Of a stretch of DNA of 64,000 nucleotides, positions 62,575 through 64,000 are shown piece after piece. Both the position numbers and the translations under genes were made by a program. The DNA is taken from assembly GCF_009914755.1 (NCBI RefSeq), contig NC_060944.1. One strand, given 5' to 3'. Under the pieces are notes generated by a model. It did not search any database and was not told the DNA's origin. It saw only the letters and a list, made by a program, of their open reading frames with translations. The DNA comes from the human T2T-CHM13v2.0 reference genome, Homo sapiens. Within the stretch, counting starts at the first letter, position 1. Each line of letters starts with the position of its first letter.

Positions 62575-62936
<362 letters not shown>

Positions 62937-63039
62937 CTGGCTTGTGTTTATTTAAGGAATGGAAGCGTTCACTCAAGCCAGACTTCAGGGGCAAATGTAC
63001 ATTGGGAATCTCCAAGGGACATCTCCCAAACTACCTGAC

Positions 63040-63480
63040 CAGGGTGTGGGTTCCGCCGAATATCTTTTGGGAAACGCTGTGCGGGGGTCCCTAGAGCGTG
63101 TGGGTCCTCCCCATCCCTCCTCCCGGGTTTGAGGGGCCGACGCGGCAGCGCGCCCAGGGGCCTGCAGGTGGCGCCATGTCCCAGGCTGTGGGGCCCCGCT
63201 CCCGTCGAACCACGGGGAGACCGTGGGCTCCTCCCGGGTGGTCTGCGCCTGGCGCAGGGAGGGGCCTAGAGGAGGCGGTGGAGTGGGGCGGGGAGGGGTG
63301 TCTGCTTAGCATCGGGCGCTGCTCCCTTGCCCTCCCTTGCTTTCCCCTCTCTCCATGCTTCCCACTCCCCCTACTGACCCCCTCACTCCTTCGTCCCCCG
63401 CCTGCCCACAGGGACACCCCCATGGATAGGGAGAGGGCTGTGTCCTAGCTCCTGCCAGAGTCTGGAGGCCGCGAGTCTAG
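63040..63480. promoter_or_regulatory. Small CpG-rich intergenic element containing a CTCF-like motif CCTGCAGGTGGCGCC (63161-63175)
   Basis: Non-repeat CpG enrichment; match to CCASYAGRKGGCRS with one mismatch; GC box GGGGCGGGG at 63285-63293. Confidence 0.65.
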
Positions 63481-64000
63481 GGTGTAGGAGAAGGGGGCCA
63501 AGCCAGCCAGGAGGTGGGGCCATTGTAACAACAATCACAGCAATAGTCACTATGTATGGAGGCCCACTCTGCCGTGCGGGGGTGGGGAGCTGCAGTTGTG
63601 GGCTGCTAGCTCATCTTCTAGGCGGTCTTCCTGTTCCAGGTCCCTCTGCTGCCCCCAGGAGTCCAGCAAAGCAGGACAGCTCTGTGGACATGGATACCTG
63701 TGTGTCCCCCACCCCCAGCCCTGCATCTGGCTTAGCGGGAAGGCAACCCGCTCGTGGGAGGGTGGGAGTGGGTCCCAGGCTGGGGACTTCACTTGTTGCC
63801 CTGGAGCTGGTTCTCCAAGAGCACAGACCCTAAACCACTGCCCTCTACTTCCCTGGTGAGCTCCCCACCCCCATACCTTAGGCAAATTTCCTTTTCCAAC
63901 CCCACTCCACCAATTTTCTCTGCCTCCTCCTTCTGTGAGGTTTGTGGGCCCAGTGTGGCCTCAGGGGGCTGAGGGGATCTCATGGAGTTGAGCCTCACCT

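Overview
Primate (almost certainly human) genomic DNA containing the complete CHMP4B gene (ESCRT-III subunit, Snf7 family) on the + strand. It has a CpG-island promoter (~11.4-12.2 kb) and five coding exons (11826-12015, 48825-49002, 51310-51424, 52435-52561, 53854-53918). These join in frame to 675 nt / 224 aa with GT-AG introns, a ~36.8 kb first intron, and a 3' UTR with two poly(A) signals. The rest is dense in interspersed repeats: about 40 Alus, L1/L2/MIR remnants, THE1/MST/MLT1/MER34-type solo LTRs, an Alu-interrupted Tigger7/MER44 transposon and several MER elements. Nearly all other ORF-track entries are repeat-derived or chance ORFs. I found no demonstrably new multi-gene system. The most interesting observations are: (1) a TAATG stop-start overlap opening an 82-codon ORF that exactly fills the short 3' UTR; (2) a 5' UTR (CCGAG)n repeat that could change the frame of upstream CUG codons; (3) a tailless 5S rRNA retrocopy with target-site duplications (TSDs); (4) a 54-bp orphan retro-insertion inside the Tigger7; (5) three ZNF143-type motifs with an antisense splice donor; (6) a 21-bp x3 repeat next to exon 4. 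Repeat family names come from recalled consensus sequences and their boundaries are approximate.
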